From Octopus vulgaris (lineage: Eukaryota): DNA of 64,000 nucleotides. A program made the translations under genes and the position numbers. Positions within the stretch are counted from its first letter, which is position 1, and every line of letters starts with the position of its first letter. The stretch lies in NCBI GenBank assembly GCA_951406725.2, contig OX597816.1:28210001-28274000 (forward strand), in the 5' to 3' direction. Below the pieces are notes generated by a model, which saw only the letters and a list, made by a program, of their open reading frames with translations, was not told where the DNA came from and did not search any database. Shown piece by piece: positions 46,109 through 59,719 of this stretch.

Positions 46109-47188
46109 AATTATAGATACACAGGGATCTTCGATCAGTGTTCCATGAAGGTAAGTTTTATTGCGATCCTAGGATGAAGACGAGTAGGTGAAGTAAACTC
46201 ACCATATGCAGAAATTCTGATCCTCGGTGGAAAGAGACATCCGCATTAAGCCGATGAACTATAATAACTAGTAAGTACATAAATTTCAGAACAGACCTTA
46301 TTACAACTATCCATACAGGTAAATCAAAACTATTCACCTGAAATTTATGAGGATATTACCATAACTACAAGAATTAGCAATCAGCTGCACAAATGACCAT
46401 GCCAGTAAATAAACACTAATTGAGATATTTCTCTAAAGTTCTTATCTAATTACAGAAAAAAAAATATCCATAATAACTTTATTTGAATACACGATCTCTA
46501 TTAACCAATTTTTAACCGACTAAGGCATCCGAATTATCCATCCGACAGCACACAAACCAACAACGAGTTGAACCATTTTACCGACAGTCAACCGTGCCAG
46601 CCTTAGTTTTCGGCGCAAAAAATATAGTAACGTGATATCAACGCACGGTATAGTGAAGACCCTACATCATCGTCAACCACTCAAAACTTATCCTAAAGAT
46701 ATAATAATTTGAGCTTTGTTTGTTCTATAAAAACAAGACATATTCTTCCTGAATTCCGATCAGAAGGAAGGTACTTAAGTTGAAGCACCTTGTTAGGTCG
46801 GGATAATATATGCACCCAACAATATTATGTAAAAACCATGAAACATGTCTGTAGATGTCTGACTAGCAAGGTGAAGCGGCTGACATCCCCTGTTCGAAGG
46901 TTGTAATGGACGCAGGTTCGTGTCTCATATAGCTAGCTAGAGGCGATGGCCTCTTGGAACTAATCAGCGACAGTTTTAGTCTTATATTCATAGACTGCCA
47001 TATTAGTATGGCGATAACTATTAATATATATATATATATATATATATGTATATGAATAAAAAAGTGGAGTTAATGCAGGTTTAAACAAGTATTTTTACTT
47101 TCTACATATGTTTCGAAAATTCCACTGATACTATTCAAAAGAATAAAAGGTATAAACAATGCAATCTTCTCTTCGGGAAAATACACTC

Positions 47189-47223
<35 letters not shown>

Positions 47224-47232
<9 letters not shown>

Positions 47233-47615
47233 TTCGAGACAAAACCACTATTTTGCAAAACAAACAAGGAAAGACTTAATCAATACATACAAATTTTTAA
47301 TATAAAGAAATAAACCGCCACTACAATCGTTTCATGTCTTCAATGACATTCGTCAGGGGATTTTCGATCTCCTAATCTGTTTTAATTCATAAATTAAAAC
47401 AGATTAGGAGATCGAAAATCCACCTGACGAATGTCATTGAAGACATGAAACGATTGTAGTGGCGGTTTATTTCTTTATATTAAAAATTTTTATGTATTGA
47501 TTAAGTCTTTCCTTGTTTGTTTTGTCTTTTCTCGAATTATATTATATAATATTTTACTATAAAATTGGATTTAATCCTAAATCTGATTTTTCCCTGTAAA
47601 TTTGGATTTATTCCC

Positions 47616-47622
<7 letters not shown>
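47224..47622. mobile_element. Fold-back hammerhead element with ~133-bp near-perfect arms, in (TA)n
   Basis: Arms at about 47252-47387 and 47392-47524. Related partial copies at 26095-26220, 28750-28800, 30120-30190 and 39290-39342. Confidence 0.85.
47420..47462 (+). ncRNA. Intact minimal type I hammerhead ribozyme
   Basis: CCAC-CTGACGA-ATGTC-ATTGAA-GACAT-GAAAC-GATT-GTA^-GTGG: full core, 5-bp stem II and 4-bp stem I. Predicted cleavage after 47458. Mirror copy at 47318-47360 (-). Confidence 0.8.
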
Positions 47623-47689
<67 letters not shown>

Positions 47690-47869
47690 GATAAATATAT
47701 TCATGCATTTATATATTTAGTTACATGCATGTATATCGATATTGATATCAATACTTTGTTGTTCAATTTCTTTCAAAATGTTTTCTATATGCTTGCAAAG
47801 TTTAAATCAGGTCTTTGGCATTGCCAACTCGATAAGATTTATATCTTTTATCACGATTACTATGATGGC

Positions 47870-47998
47870 GTTGGCGACGTTGATGTTGGCGATGAATGTG
47901 GGGATGACGACGAGGAAGATGACGACGACGACGACGACATTGCTGGAGATAATGACATCATTAGGACAGCCATGAAAATGAACCACTGCTGCTGCTGC

Positions 47999-48034
<36 letters not shown>

Positions 48035-48062
48035 CACCACCATCACCACCAATACCACCACC

Positions 48063-48143
<81 letters not shown>

Positions 48144-48152
48144 GCTGCTGCT
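47870..48152. repeat. Compound trinucleotide repeats (GAC/CTG/CTA/CCA)n
   Basis: Direct repeats. Confidence 0.9.
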
Positions 48153-49132
48153 AGCAATAAAAATAATCATGGTAGAAATGCGTTTTAGTATTGCCGATGG
48201 CCAATTAGTGATTGTAGTTTCAGAAGAAGATTGATAGCTGAAGAAAAATGAAACCAACACATGAAGGAAGAAAAGTAAAAATATCCTAGAGACAAAAAAA
48301 TAATAAATTCTGCATGCAATCCGGTGCTCAGTATATTGTCAAAAAAAAAAAAAAAATTAGCCGTTTTGAGAAATAAAGATATGTGGAAGCTATGGAATCC
48401 TGATCCAATTGAAGTAAGAGGAATATCATAAAAAATATAAATTCGAAGTCTGTTTTACCAAGAAATGAATTTGTTGTTTAAGATTTTGTTTAATCATGCG
48501 TTTCTTTTATATTCTTTTTTTGATCACTTTTACTTTAAGTATAAATTGCTTTTATTTTTGTTATCAAGTATTTTTCAGAAATCCGTCTGATTACCTCAAA
48601 ATGCAAAATAAATTGTCAATAAAATATTTTTGTTACAAATAGTTTTGCTAAAGAGTAAAAGATAAATAAAAAAAACAAAACAAAACAAGACAATACAAAA
48701 AAAGCATTAAAAAGGAAGTAAGACGAGAGAAATTGTGGCATGTTGTGGAACGAGTGATTCTAGAGCTCCATACTGATATAGAGATTCTGATTATAATAAA
48801 TGTTTAGTTTCAGAAATGAACATATTTCAATACTGTAAAAAAAAAAAAAGTTGGAGCAAAAACACACACAAACATACACACACACACACATAATGTAAAG
48901 GTAAAAAACCAAAATAAATATCAAGCTTATTTCGAAACTTTCAAAGAAAGAACGTCTTCAATAAAAGATATTTTGCCATAAAAGATGTCATTTGAATTTT
49001 GTGTGTATTTTCAAAGAGATTAATAGGGAATCTTTGATATTGAAATACATGTAGCAGCATGAGCTGGGGAATTGTGTCATAACTTTTGTAATAGTTAACG
49101 TCAAGACCAAAAGTGTGCGTGGGCGAGTGTGC

Positions 49133-49168
<36 letters not shown>

Positions 49169-50859
49169 GTGCGTGGCTGAGTCTGGTTTTGAGCAGAGCA
49201 CGTTATATTTTGTCGATTTTGAAATATAATTATAGATATAAGTTTAAGGAATCCACTAATTTTTATTCAAATGAATTGAGGATTACGAATAGCGGTAGTA
49301 GTGCATTGGAGAACAACAAACATACGTAATAACGTACACGTATATAGACACGCACATATATAATTTGCATGGAATATTGACGGTAAATTCGAAGTTTCAC
49401 TGCCGCATGTTTGTCAGAAAAATATTATTTGATGGCTGGAAGCAAACGCATGGAGCAAGGAAGTGGTAAAAGTATGATATTATATAGAAAATGGAAGAAG
49501 TAAACCCAAATCACTCAAGATTTAGAGATAATTTGATTAGGGTGAGATTATATTTGAAAAAGAAAATGGGAATCTATTCAAAGATAAAGATGAAAAAGGG
49601 AAAACGTGAACTAAATGGGAGACTGGAAGATAATCATAGACGCTCAAATATGCCAGACATGTTGGTGCATAAAATTACTGATACTATTTCAATACATACA
49701 TACAATCCGTAAGCCCACGTAAAGGCACACTTCTCCAGATAAAATTATGTAATAACTGAATGCGTACGTGGTTCATACCGACAGACACATTATCATTCAT
49801 GCATGTGTGATCATAAATTCAAACAAATTCTCATAGATGGTCAATATATATAGCAAAATTGACTTGCATAAATACAAGATCTATATATACAGACACTGTC
49901 ATACATGGCTAGATTGTCCATATATGCTAATAAATTGTCAAACATAAGTACATCATCCATTAATACTGATCGGTTTTCATAGATAAATTCTGACGAGTGC
50001 GTTTGTATGCTTCTATGTAAGATGAGTAGTTAATGCATCACAGTGTACAGTTACATATTGGAGAGTGTTCTGTTTTACACGCAGGTACTGTGACCTGCTT
50101 ATGCACTCGATACATGTTAGTGAGTACAGACATAGACGAACGTCGGTGCCATGATAATATTAGAGTATCCAATGGCGTAGGGCGCATATAATTTGAATTC
50201 TTGACAATTAGTTTGTTCAGTTAGTGTGTGTGGTTATGTGAGGACATCAGTGTGGCTGCTTTATGTTAGGTCGAGTTTGTGGTTGTATGTGCCTAGTCAT
50301 CCGCGACCTCTTTAAGGAATCATTCTTTTGTCTCTTTCATTTTTGCTCACCCTCATGTCTGCTGAGGCTTTAAGGGTTCATGCGTTTGGGATGTAGTTCG
50401 TTATGTGAGGTTGTGGAGTGGGAGGAGAGAACAGAGTAGGCGTGTTGGTGTGTGTGTGTGTGTATGTCTATGAACGTCTGTGTGCACGTGTGTGTTTGTA
50501 GGTCAGTATGTACGTGCGCATGTATGTGCGTGTGTGCGTGTGAGGGGAAAAGAGTGACCGCGTGTGGTGGCTATTCAAAAAAGAAAAAAAAAAAGAATCA
50601 AACCGCCAGATAAACTCACACGTATGCTAGAATACATAAGAAAAGAGATACATGTTCATAGACACATATACTCACAGCACCACACAAAGAAGCAGACTAG
50701 AAATCACACAGGACCGCATGCTGTATGCTTATTATACACTTAATGATTTTTAGATTAAACAGCCGAGGTTAAACAAGAACAAACAATAACACAATGAGTG
50801 AACTGCATAGTCTTTGTTGTTATCACCATTACCACTACTACATTTAATTAACTACAATC

Positions 50860-50891
<32 letters not shown>

Positions 50892-51190
50892 GTCATGATC
50901 ATCATCATCATCTCCAACAGCACATAGAGCGACAAACAAAGACACAAATATTTTACCATATTGTTTTTTTCTGATACAGTATATTTCTTTGTAGTTTATG
51001 ATGTGAATTTTTTCAATAATATGTGAAATAGATTCTGTGAGATCTCTGACAGTGTAGATTCTAGACACCCGTATCTCGTTATATTTCGATGGAAATTTAT
51101 GTAGTTTCGGAACTGAATTCCATAATAACTGTGAAAACATGCTGTGAAAGTTAGAACAATGTTGATGATATTCTGTTAAATATAATTTAA

Positions 51191-52138
51191 CTAATAATGC
51201 ATACCGGCGTTGCCCGGGTGTTATTACTTACAGCCACATTGTATTATATGCTTATATACTCAATTTTGGAGTTCAAGTGGAACTTAACGCACCGCACACA
51301 AAGCAGTTTAGCGTTGCCCGGGTCGTTGATAACAATAATATCACGCCCAACTGGTATTGCAGTACATGTCTCTGATAAGGAAATATTGATTGGAAATTGT
51401 ACCAATCAATGAACACGGTGGGCATCCCGTCCAATGAAGTGACACACACCATGGGCAGACTCATGTGTGTATGTGACCGTAATTTGACTTTACAAAAATG
51501 CGCGGTGTTGTTGTCTTCAATGAGGTTATCAGGTCAGACATTTGTTTTCCATCAAAAATAGGGGGATCCGTGACAAAATCCTTACGAAATTTGAGGCTTA
51601 GGGCATGAATTTTCTGTTGAAAAATAGGGCTTCGTGCAGAGAAATAGTATCACAATACTTCAAAGGCATTGTTGAATCATGGAATACTGAAGACATTCAC
51701 ATTAGCAGTTCAGTTGTGACACAAAGGCCATCATTGACGGAAAATGTGTCAATAATTGTTCCAAAAAAGAATGGTCTTTTGGTCAGTTTTCATTGACAAA
51801 TAGAATGTTCTGCATCACAAATGCACTCATAACTCTCCTTATAGATTGCTGCATATTTTGACACCGCAAACATTAAAATTGGCAACGGATATTAGAAGAT
51901 AATCCAAATATTGCCCGAAAATAACCTCAAAAGTGTGCGATCCTACCTAGTTTTCGAGGTTATTTTTCTAATAAAAAAGAGTTGTTTCGCAAAAACTATA
52001 CTTCATTTGGTAGCCGAAAGATTTCTTGATTTTTTGATACCTCATACGTCAAAATCAGCAACTAAGTTTTCGAATACATAAGGAACATACACACCACAGA
52101 CAGACATACACACACACAAAATCTATTATATATATAGA
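51191..52138 (-). mobile_element. Non-autonomous Helitron (~950 bp)
   Basis: Minus strand starts A|TCTATATATATAAT...(TGTC) and ends CCCGGGCAACGCCGG hairpin + TTAG|T. The hairpin is the same as at 2819-2834; a second partial hairpin lies at 51311. Confidence 0.75.
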
Positions 52139-53430
52139 TTATAACAACATTATCAGTGCTATTAATATAAACATGTATTGATTAAAATATCTGCAGATTT
52201 TGTCTTAATATTAAACGAGTTCTGAGAATGACCTATAAAGAGGAACTCATAATCAAGTTTATGATTTATTATTATGATTTATGGCGACATAGTTATTGTC
52301 AAATTCAGGAACTGACTCAGGAATCGGAAGGACAATTGCTATATTTAGGACACTATAGTTAGTAAGATACACTTTATGTAGCATTATATTTATGTTGTTA
52401 CCATGGAAATCAATTTGATTGATGCGAAATCATATTAAACCTGGAATATGTTGATGAAACTTTTAGAATATTGGACAAAATTCCTTACGGTATTTGAGAC
52501 TATTTACACGAGTTCAAATACTACCTAGATCAACTGCGTAATTTAACGTAGCACACCCATAAGAAAAAGTGCCACCGAAATAAAAATCGACTTAATATTC
52601 CTGTCTTTCATCCAGGTTGCAAATAAAAATGTACAAGACTTGATGTCACAATATAAAGCTTTTCGTTTCTGTCGATTAACTTTTCCGAAATGTCAAGACG
52701 AAATTGTTTCGGGATATTATCCATAGATAGGCTGAGAGACAAGAATGAAGCTTGTAATTTTCCAAAGAAACTGCCCAACCTTTTATCATATTCAATATTG
52801 TTGCTCTTTAATAATATGATCCAGCCATAAGAATTAGAAGTAGAAGAAAATACTATAAATGTTTTATAAAGAACTCTCTATTACCATTCACTTAAGACTA
52901 TCTAATCTTAATTAAATCTGAAGACAACATTATTTCGAGAACAAACCAATTCAAATATTTCGTATAAAGTTTATTATTTATAGCACCAAAAGCAGCCAAA
53001 TGGAGAACAACCATTTGTGTTTCTTAATCGAAAATACCCAGCAGGCGTACTTATACGAATGTCTTCCTTGTATACACACATTTATAGAACCTAATCTTGG
53101 TCAATTTACAGATAAAATTCATGGCGATGCCACTTTCAGTTTTAATGGAATTATTCTGCCTGATATCCGATAATGATAATTTCCATAGGGATAACTCAAA
53201 ATGGTTTAAGGAAACACTAATTATCTGTAAACAATATCCTAATGTTGATGTATTTATTGAAAATCAATTATATTGAGATAACTAACCTTTTTCTTTCCTA
53301 GAAACCAGACGATCAGGCTGTCTGCTCACGGTTTGTCTCTTGTCTGTCTATTTGTCTGTCTGTCTGTCTATTTGTCTGTCTGTCTGTCTATTTGTCTGTC
53401 TGTCTGTCTATTTGTCTGTCTGTCTGTCTC

Positions 53431-53463
<33 letters not shown>

Positions 53464-53471
53464 CAAATCAA

Positions 53472-53510
<39 letters not shown>

Positions 53511-53518
53511 ATCTATCA

Positions 53519-53609
<91 letters not shown>

Positions 53610-53892
53610 CATCCTTTCTGTCTAGGCCTGTGTGCAACTATCTATCTGACTATTTATCTGTTCTGACGCCTATCAATCTATGTGTTGGTCTATATGTCTG
53701 CCTCTCTGTCTTTACATATATATTAGGATAAGAGGTAATGCGAAAAGTAGATACTAATATATAGACCCATGTCATTTCATACATACACAAACACGCACAT
53801 CGGCATCATTCGTCAGTTTCGATGATCGCCTTACCCACGGTCTTTTATACAATATATTCTACACAATGCTTCATAGTAATTATTCCATTATA

Positions 53893-53947
<55 letters not shown>

Positions 53948-54386
53948 TATATATATATGTGTGTGTGTGTATGTATATATATATATATATATATATATAC
54001 ATGAAATTGTCATAAGCGTTGAATATACTCTAGGCACATGAACAACTAAGACACCAGAACTGGCTGGGTACGATAACAATGAGGTGAACATCATTGAATT
54101 ATCAAGTATTGATAGGATACTGTAGATTTTTAAGTGACAATTTCAATTTACACCGTAGACTGCTTCTTTGGTAGAATGTTATTGATGTACTCAAAGATTA
54201 CGTCATAAAATATAATACATAATCATCGGGTAAAAAATTAAACAGGTAATGTTTCAAACTCGAGGTATGTAATTCATCAACTTCGACAAATTCAACATAG
54301 TATTTCGCTGTACATCTCGTAATAATGTACCATTTTTTCCACCTTGCTTTGGGCCAATATACTGAAATACTTACTTACATATAAGT

Positions 54387-54452
<66 letters not shown>

Positions 54453-54549
54453 GTGTGTAAGTGTGTGTGAATTATATCTGACATGAAAATTATATCAGTA
54501 TATACATATGATATATGTATATATATGTATATATATATATATACATATG

Positions 54550-54591
<42 letters not shown>

Positions 54592-54599
54592 ATGTGTGT

Positions 54600-54755
54600 A
54601 TAGGTAGTGGTAAGAAGCTTGTTTCCCAACCACATGGTTCCAGGTTCAGTCCCACTGTGAGGCAGCTTGGACAAGTGTCTTTTACTGTAGTCACAGACCT
54701 AGCGGAGCCTTGTGAGTGGACTTGGTAGACAGAAACTGAAAGAATCCCAGTATAT
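54600..54755 (+). mobile_element. SINE family A, 5' half
   Basis: GTGGTAAGAAGCTTG...GGTTCAGTCCCACTG...GAAACTGAAAGAA. Confidence 0.8.
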
Positions 54756-55703
54756 ATATATGTTTGTATGCACGTTTGTTTGCAACTAACATATATATAT
54801 ATATATATTCCAAGATGATTCTTTTTCGATTTGGAAACGACATAATTAGAAATTAAGCGCCATCCAATATAAAGCAGGAATTTTAATATTCTTCCATTCA
54901 TGTAGAAATAAATACCAGTTGAAATTAAACTCTGGAAAAACGTATTTACGTTATAATATTTATCTAAATTCGAATAATATATTTAATATCATCAATTTAT
55001 TATTAATAAATATTTATTAGATTATAACGAAAATATGGATATATTTTAGTTTTCTTTAACAGTGGGGAACAATTTGGAATATAATTTCTGCTCAATGTTT
55101 CACTTCATATTCAATGTTTCACTTCGTTTAGACTGAAATTGGCAGGCTGATTTCAAAACTAGAATCAGCTTTGTGCTATCATGTCATATATTTTTTACAG
55201 GTTACTCTCTGAATTATGCACAAACGTATTGTTCCTCCGTGATCTGTAGGACTCTGCTAGTTGCTCATATTTTATTGATGAGGTGTGAGAATTGTTCAAA
55301 TGTGGTGATTTATGTTGTATTTTAAAAAGCATGGCAGCTTATACTTAGTTTCAAATCTCACTCCCAAAATAATTCACAATTATTGACCAATCAGATGCCA
55401 CATCCTTATAATAGCCAGCTTCCTGTTAAAAGATGGAGGTACTAAACTGACTTAGTGTTAAGAAGCATGAAATTACATGAATGTAACCATATGGATGCAT
55501 CATGCACATCAGTACAGACGATTCGAAGTTAGGCGTCTAGACAATAGATTTGTACTTCGAAGGAGTGCTGGGAACTCTTTGAGCTGTGTGAAATGGTGGT
55601 TTGAAACATGAAAGGATTGGGTCCTATGTCTAAATTCCCAACCTGTTGTTTTTCTTATGGAGTATTTCTGAGAAAGTACATGTAAGAAAGGTGTATTTGT
55701 ACA

Positions 55704-55778
<75 letters not shown>

Positions 55779-55789
55779 CTATCTCTCTA

Positions 55790-55838
<49 letters not shown>

Positions 55839-55907
55839 TTTATGTCTGATCACATAAAATATTTTTCTCTATAAAAATACTAAGTGTCGAAACGAGGAAA
55901 GCAATCG

Positions 55908-55966
55908 TGGCTAGACGATTTAAACTCTATTTTTCAGCATATTGGCAGATATTTTTTTTATTTTGC

Positions 55967-56041
<75 letters not shown>

Positions 56042-56330
56042 AATGAGTGTGCGTGCAGGGTGACCAAAGTCTTATGAGTGCATCTAGAAGTTCGCCATGT
56101 ATATATCTATATCTATATCTATATCTATCTATCTATCTATCTATCTACCTGGCTAGACGATTTAAACTCTATTTTTCAGCATATTGGCAGATATTTTTTT
56201 TTAGTTTGCCCTTATATATAATTGTATATATATATATATATATCAACATAAATGAGTGTGCGTGCAGGGTGACCAAAGTCTTATGAGTGCATCTAGAAGT
56301 TCGCCATGTATATATCTATATCTATATCTA
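55908..56330 (+). repeat. Recent ~240-bp tandem duplication
   Basis: TGGCTAGACGATTTAAACTC...GAAGTTCGCCATGTATATATC at 55908-56110 and 56150-56330. Confidence 0.9.
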
Positions 56331-56417
56331 TCTATCTGTCTATCTATCTATCTATCTACCTATCTATTTATCTCTCTCTGTCTCTATCTCTCCCTCTCTC
56401 TCTCACTATAATTATAA

Positions 56418-56805
56418 ATGGATGGAAGCGCTCCTTCGGTTACGACGACGAGGGTTCCGGTTGATCCGATCAACGGAACAGCCTGCTCGTGAAATTAACG
56501 TGTAAGTGGCTGAGCATTCCACAGACACGTGTACCCTTAACATAGTTCTCGGGGATATTCAGCGTGACACAGAGAGTGACAAGGCCGGCCCCTTGAAATA
56601 CAGGTACAACAGAAACAGGAAGTAAGAGTGAGGGAAAGTTGTGGTGAAAGAGTACAGCAGGGATCACCACCATCCCCTGCCGGAGCCTCGTGGAGCTTTA
56701 GGTATTTTCGCTCAATAAACACTCACAACGCCTGGTCTGGGAATCGAAACCGCGATCCTACGACCGCGAGTCCGCTGCCCTAACCACTGGGCCATTGCGC
56801 ATCCA
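56418..56805 (-). mobile_element. tRNA-derived SINE family D, full length
   Basis: Head GCGCAATGGCCCAGTGGTTAGGGCAGCGGACTCGCGGTC...GGTTTCGATTCCC and 3' CGTCGTAACCGAAGGA. Imperfect TSD CTATAAWTATAA. Confidence 0.85.
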
Positions 56806-57107
56806 CTCTATAAATATAATATATATAATATATATATATACAAAATGGGACAAGAACGCAAAACATTCAGAAGACGATACAAAAGACACGGACGGGTCAT
56901 TCGAATCCTTTAATCTTCAGTCAAGAACCGGATCATCTTCTCAAATTCGGCTGATTAATCTTGCGATTGCTCCAATCCAGCCAGCCCCAAGGGAAATCTA
57001 AGCTAAACGCATTAGATTCCTTGAAAAAAAAAGCTTCGAATGTATACGAATCATGTATACGGACGATGTCACACGAATAGGAATGCAAAAATAATACAAA
57101 AATCAAT

Positions 57108-57145
<38 letters not shown>

Positions 57146-57539
57146 TAACAGAATATCACAACAGGCGTCTTTCAACTTAGACGAATTGAACTCAGCTGGC
57201 GTGTTAGGAATGTGCTTTGGAGCAGAGAGAAAAGAATGTTGATGTTACCACGAACGCTGCTAGACCTAAAAGGCCAGTAGTCAGACAGTCGGTCACATTT
57301 GAGGAGAAGAGAGAGGAAAAGCGGGGCAGAGGAATTAAGGAGAGGGAGAAGAGAGAAAAATTGAGGAACAAGGAATTAAGGAGGAGGAGAAGAGAGCGAG
57401 AAAAAGAGACAGGTACAAAGTGAAGTGCAAAGTAAGAAATGCAAAGTAATGTAGGAGAGGAGGAGAGAGACAGTGTTGTAGAGTCGTACCAAGTTTAGGG
57501 AAATGTGTACTTACATATAAGAGAATAAGGGTATATATA

Positions 57540-57624
<85 letters not shown>

Positions 57625-57920
57625 GGGGGGGGTGTAATTGACACCCGTGTATTGGCATTCTGCATTTTACTGTTCGGTAAAGGACCAGAAAATGAAATAA
57701 GTAGTAATCTTAAAAGATAGTCCTGATTTCGATTTGCTCGACTAAAAGCCGTCAAGGCCATACCGTAGTATGGCCACAGTCAAATAACTGAAACAAGAAA
57801 CAGAAAAGATAAAAGAAACAACAGATGCATGCATACAGACGTACATACATGTATACATACATCTACACATACACCCACCCACAAACTCTCCCACATACAG
57901 ACTCTCATACACTCACACAC

Positions 57921-57979
<59 letters not shown>

Positions 57980-57980
57980 T

Positions 57981-58272
<292 letters not shown>

Positions 58273-59114
58273 ATATATATATATATACACACATAATTAT
58301 ATTATGCTTAAGCAAAATATGTTGAGATAGAAATATTTCCTATTCGCATATATTTAGAAATAGTGTGTGAGAAACTGAGAGTAAGAGCGAGTGAAGGTGA
58401 GTTGTAGATATATAGCAAGTGTGATAAGAGCATAGAGAGGGACAGAGAGTAATGTAACAGTAATGGAGAGGAAAAATAAAATCATTGAAAAAATACGAAA
58501 GAGTGTAAAGGGAAAAAAGTATCACTAGGATTCTATTGGTAATTGTTCTTATGTGTGAATGATGTAGGTGTATTGATCTTGCATCGACCTGTTACCAACA
58601 ATGGTGATGTAAATCTCGTTAGAACGAGTTGGAGATCTGGTGCAGACGTTAACTAATAATTCAGAATGACAACAACAAATGCTTTTAATATCTGAGCAAT
58701 TATCACTTAGCAGTCTCTTGTACATCTTATTGATATGACCGACAAAATGTTTTTTTTTTTACTTTCTCCAAATATGCGAAGGAGAGCAAACAAAAGATGG
58801 TAACTAGGAGAAGATGATCAAAGTGTTTGTTGGTGATATTTAGGATTTACTTTCACAACTAAATAAACATAAAGGCATGGGTTTTGTTTGGAACTAAGAA
58901 AGCATATGCGCATATGTAATATGAAGTAATGCACTAGCAAGAAACTATTGTTTGTGAGTGTGAGTGAATGTGAGTGCGTGAGTGAGTGTAAGTAAGTGTG
59001 AGTGAGTATGAGTTTGTGTGAGTGAATGCGTCTGAATGTTAGTGTATGTGTATGTAAATATGTCTGTAAAAAAATTCAATGCGCCCTTTTAAAGCTTAGC
59101 CAGTTACATGGGCT

Positions 59115-59325
59115 TTGTTTGTGTCTGTGTTTGTGCCCCTAACATCGCTTGAGAACCGATGGGGGTGTGTTTACGTCCCAGTAACCTAGTGGTTCGGTAA
59201 AAGAGACCGATAGAATAAGTACTAGGCTTACAAAGAATAAGTCCTGGGATCGATATGTTCGATCGACTAAAGGCGGTGCTCCATCATGGCCACAGTCAAA
59301 TGACTGAAAGAAGTAAAAGAGTAAG
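59115..59325 (+). mobile_element. SINE family A, 3' half
   Basis: Matches 42220-42427. Confidence 0.85.
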
Positions 59326-59719
59326 AAAGTATCTGTCTCAAATGAAAATATATTGCGGTTAGATTACATGATCTATATTTAGTGACTAAGGTTAGTATTT
59401 GAAATGTTATTATTAATGTGTTAATAATATAGATGTATTTTCTGAAGAAATTTACGAATTTATACCCGCATTTGATTTCCGTGAATTCTTGCATACACAC
59501 ACACAGGAATACATACATACATACATTTGTGTGCGTACCTGTGTGTATGCATGTGTGTGTATTTCAAATCCTCGCTGGGGGTGCAGTGTGCTTTTAATGT
59601 GTAGAGAAAGAGACCTTGCCCGATGGAGCGTTTCAATATGAACATTTTGAGCATTTCTTTTAGCTCTCATATGAAGAAACTTTTAAGGCATAAGTTCAAA
59701 CAAAATACCATATAAATTA

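Noticed and set aside
46117-46150. IHRDL peptide suggesting a kinase catalytic loop
   Set aside because: It lacks the downstream Asn (HRDLxxxN) and no other kinase exons are visible. Likely chance.
58520-58885. Possible LINE RT C-terminal relic on the minus strand
   Set aside because: Too degenerate to support by eye.
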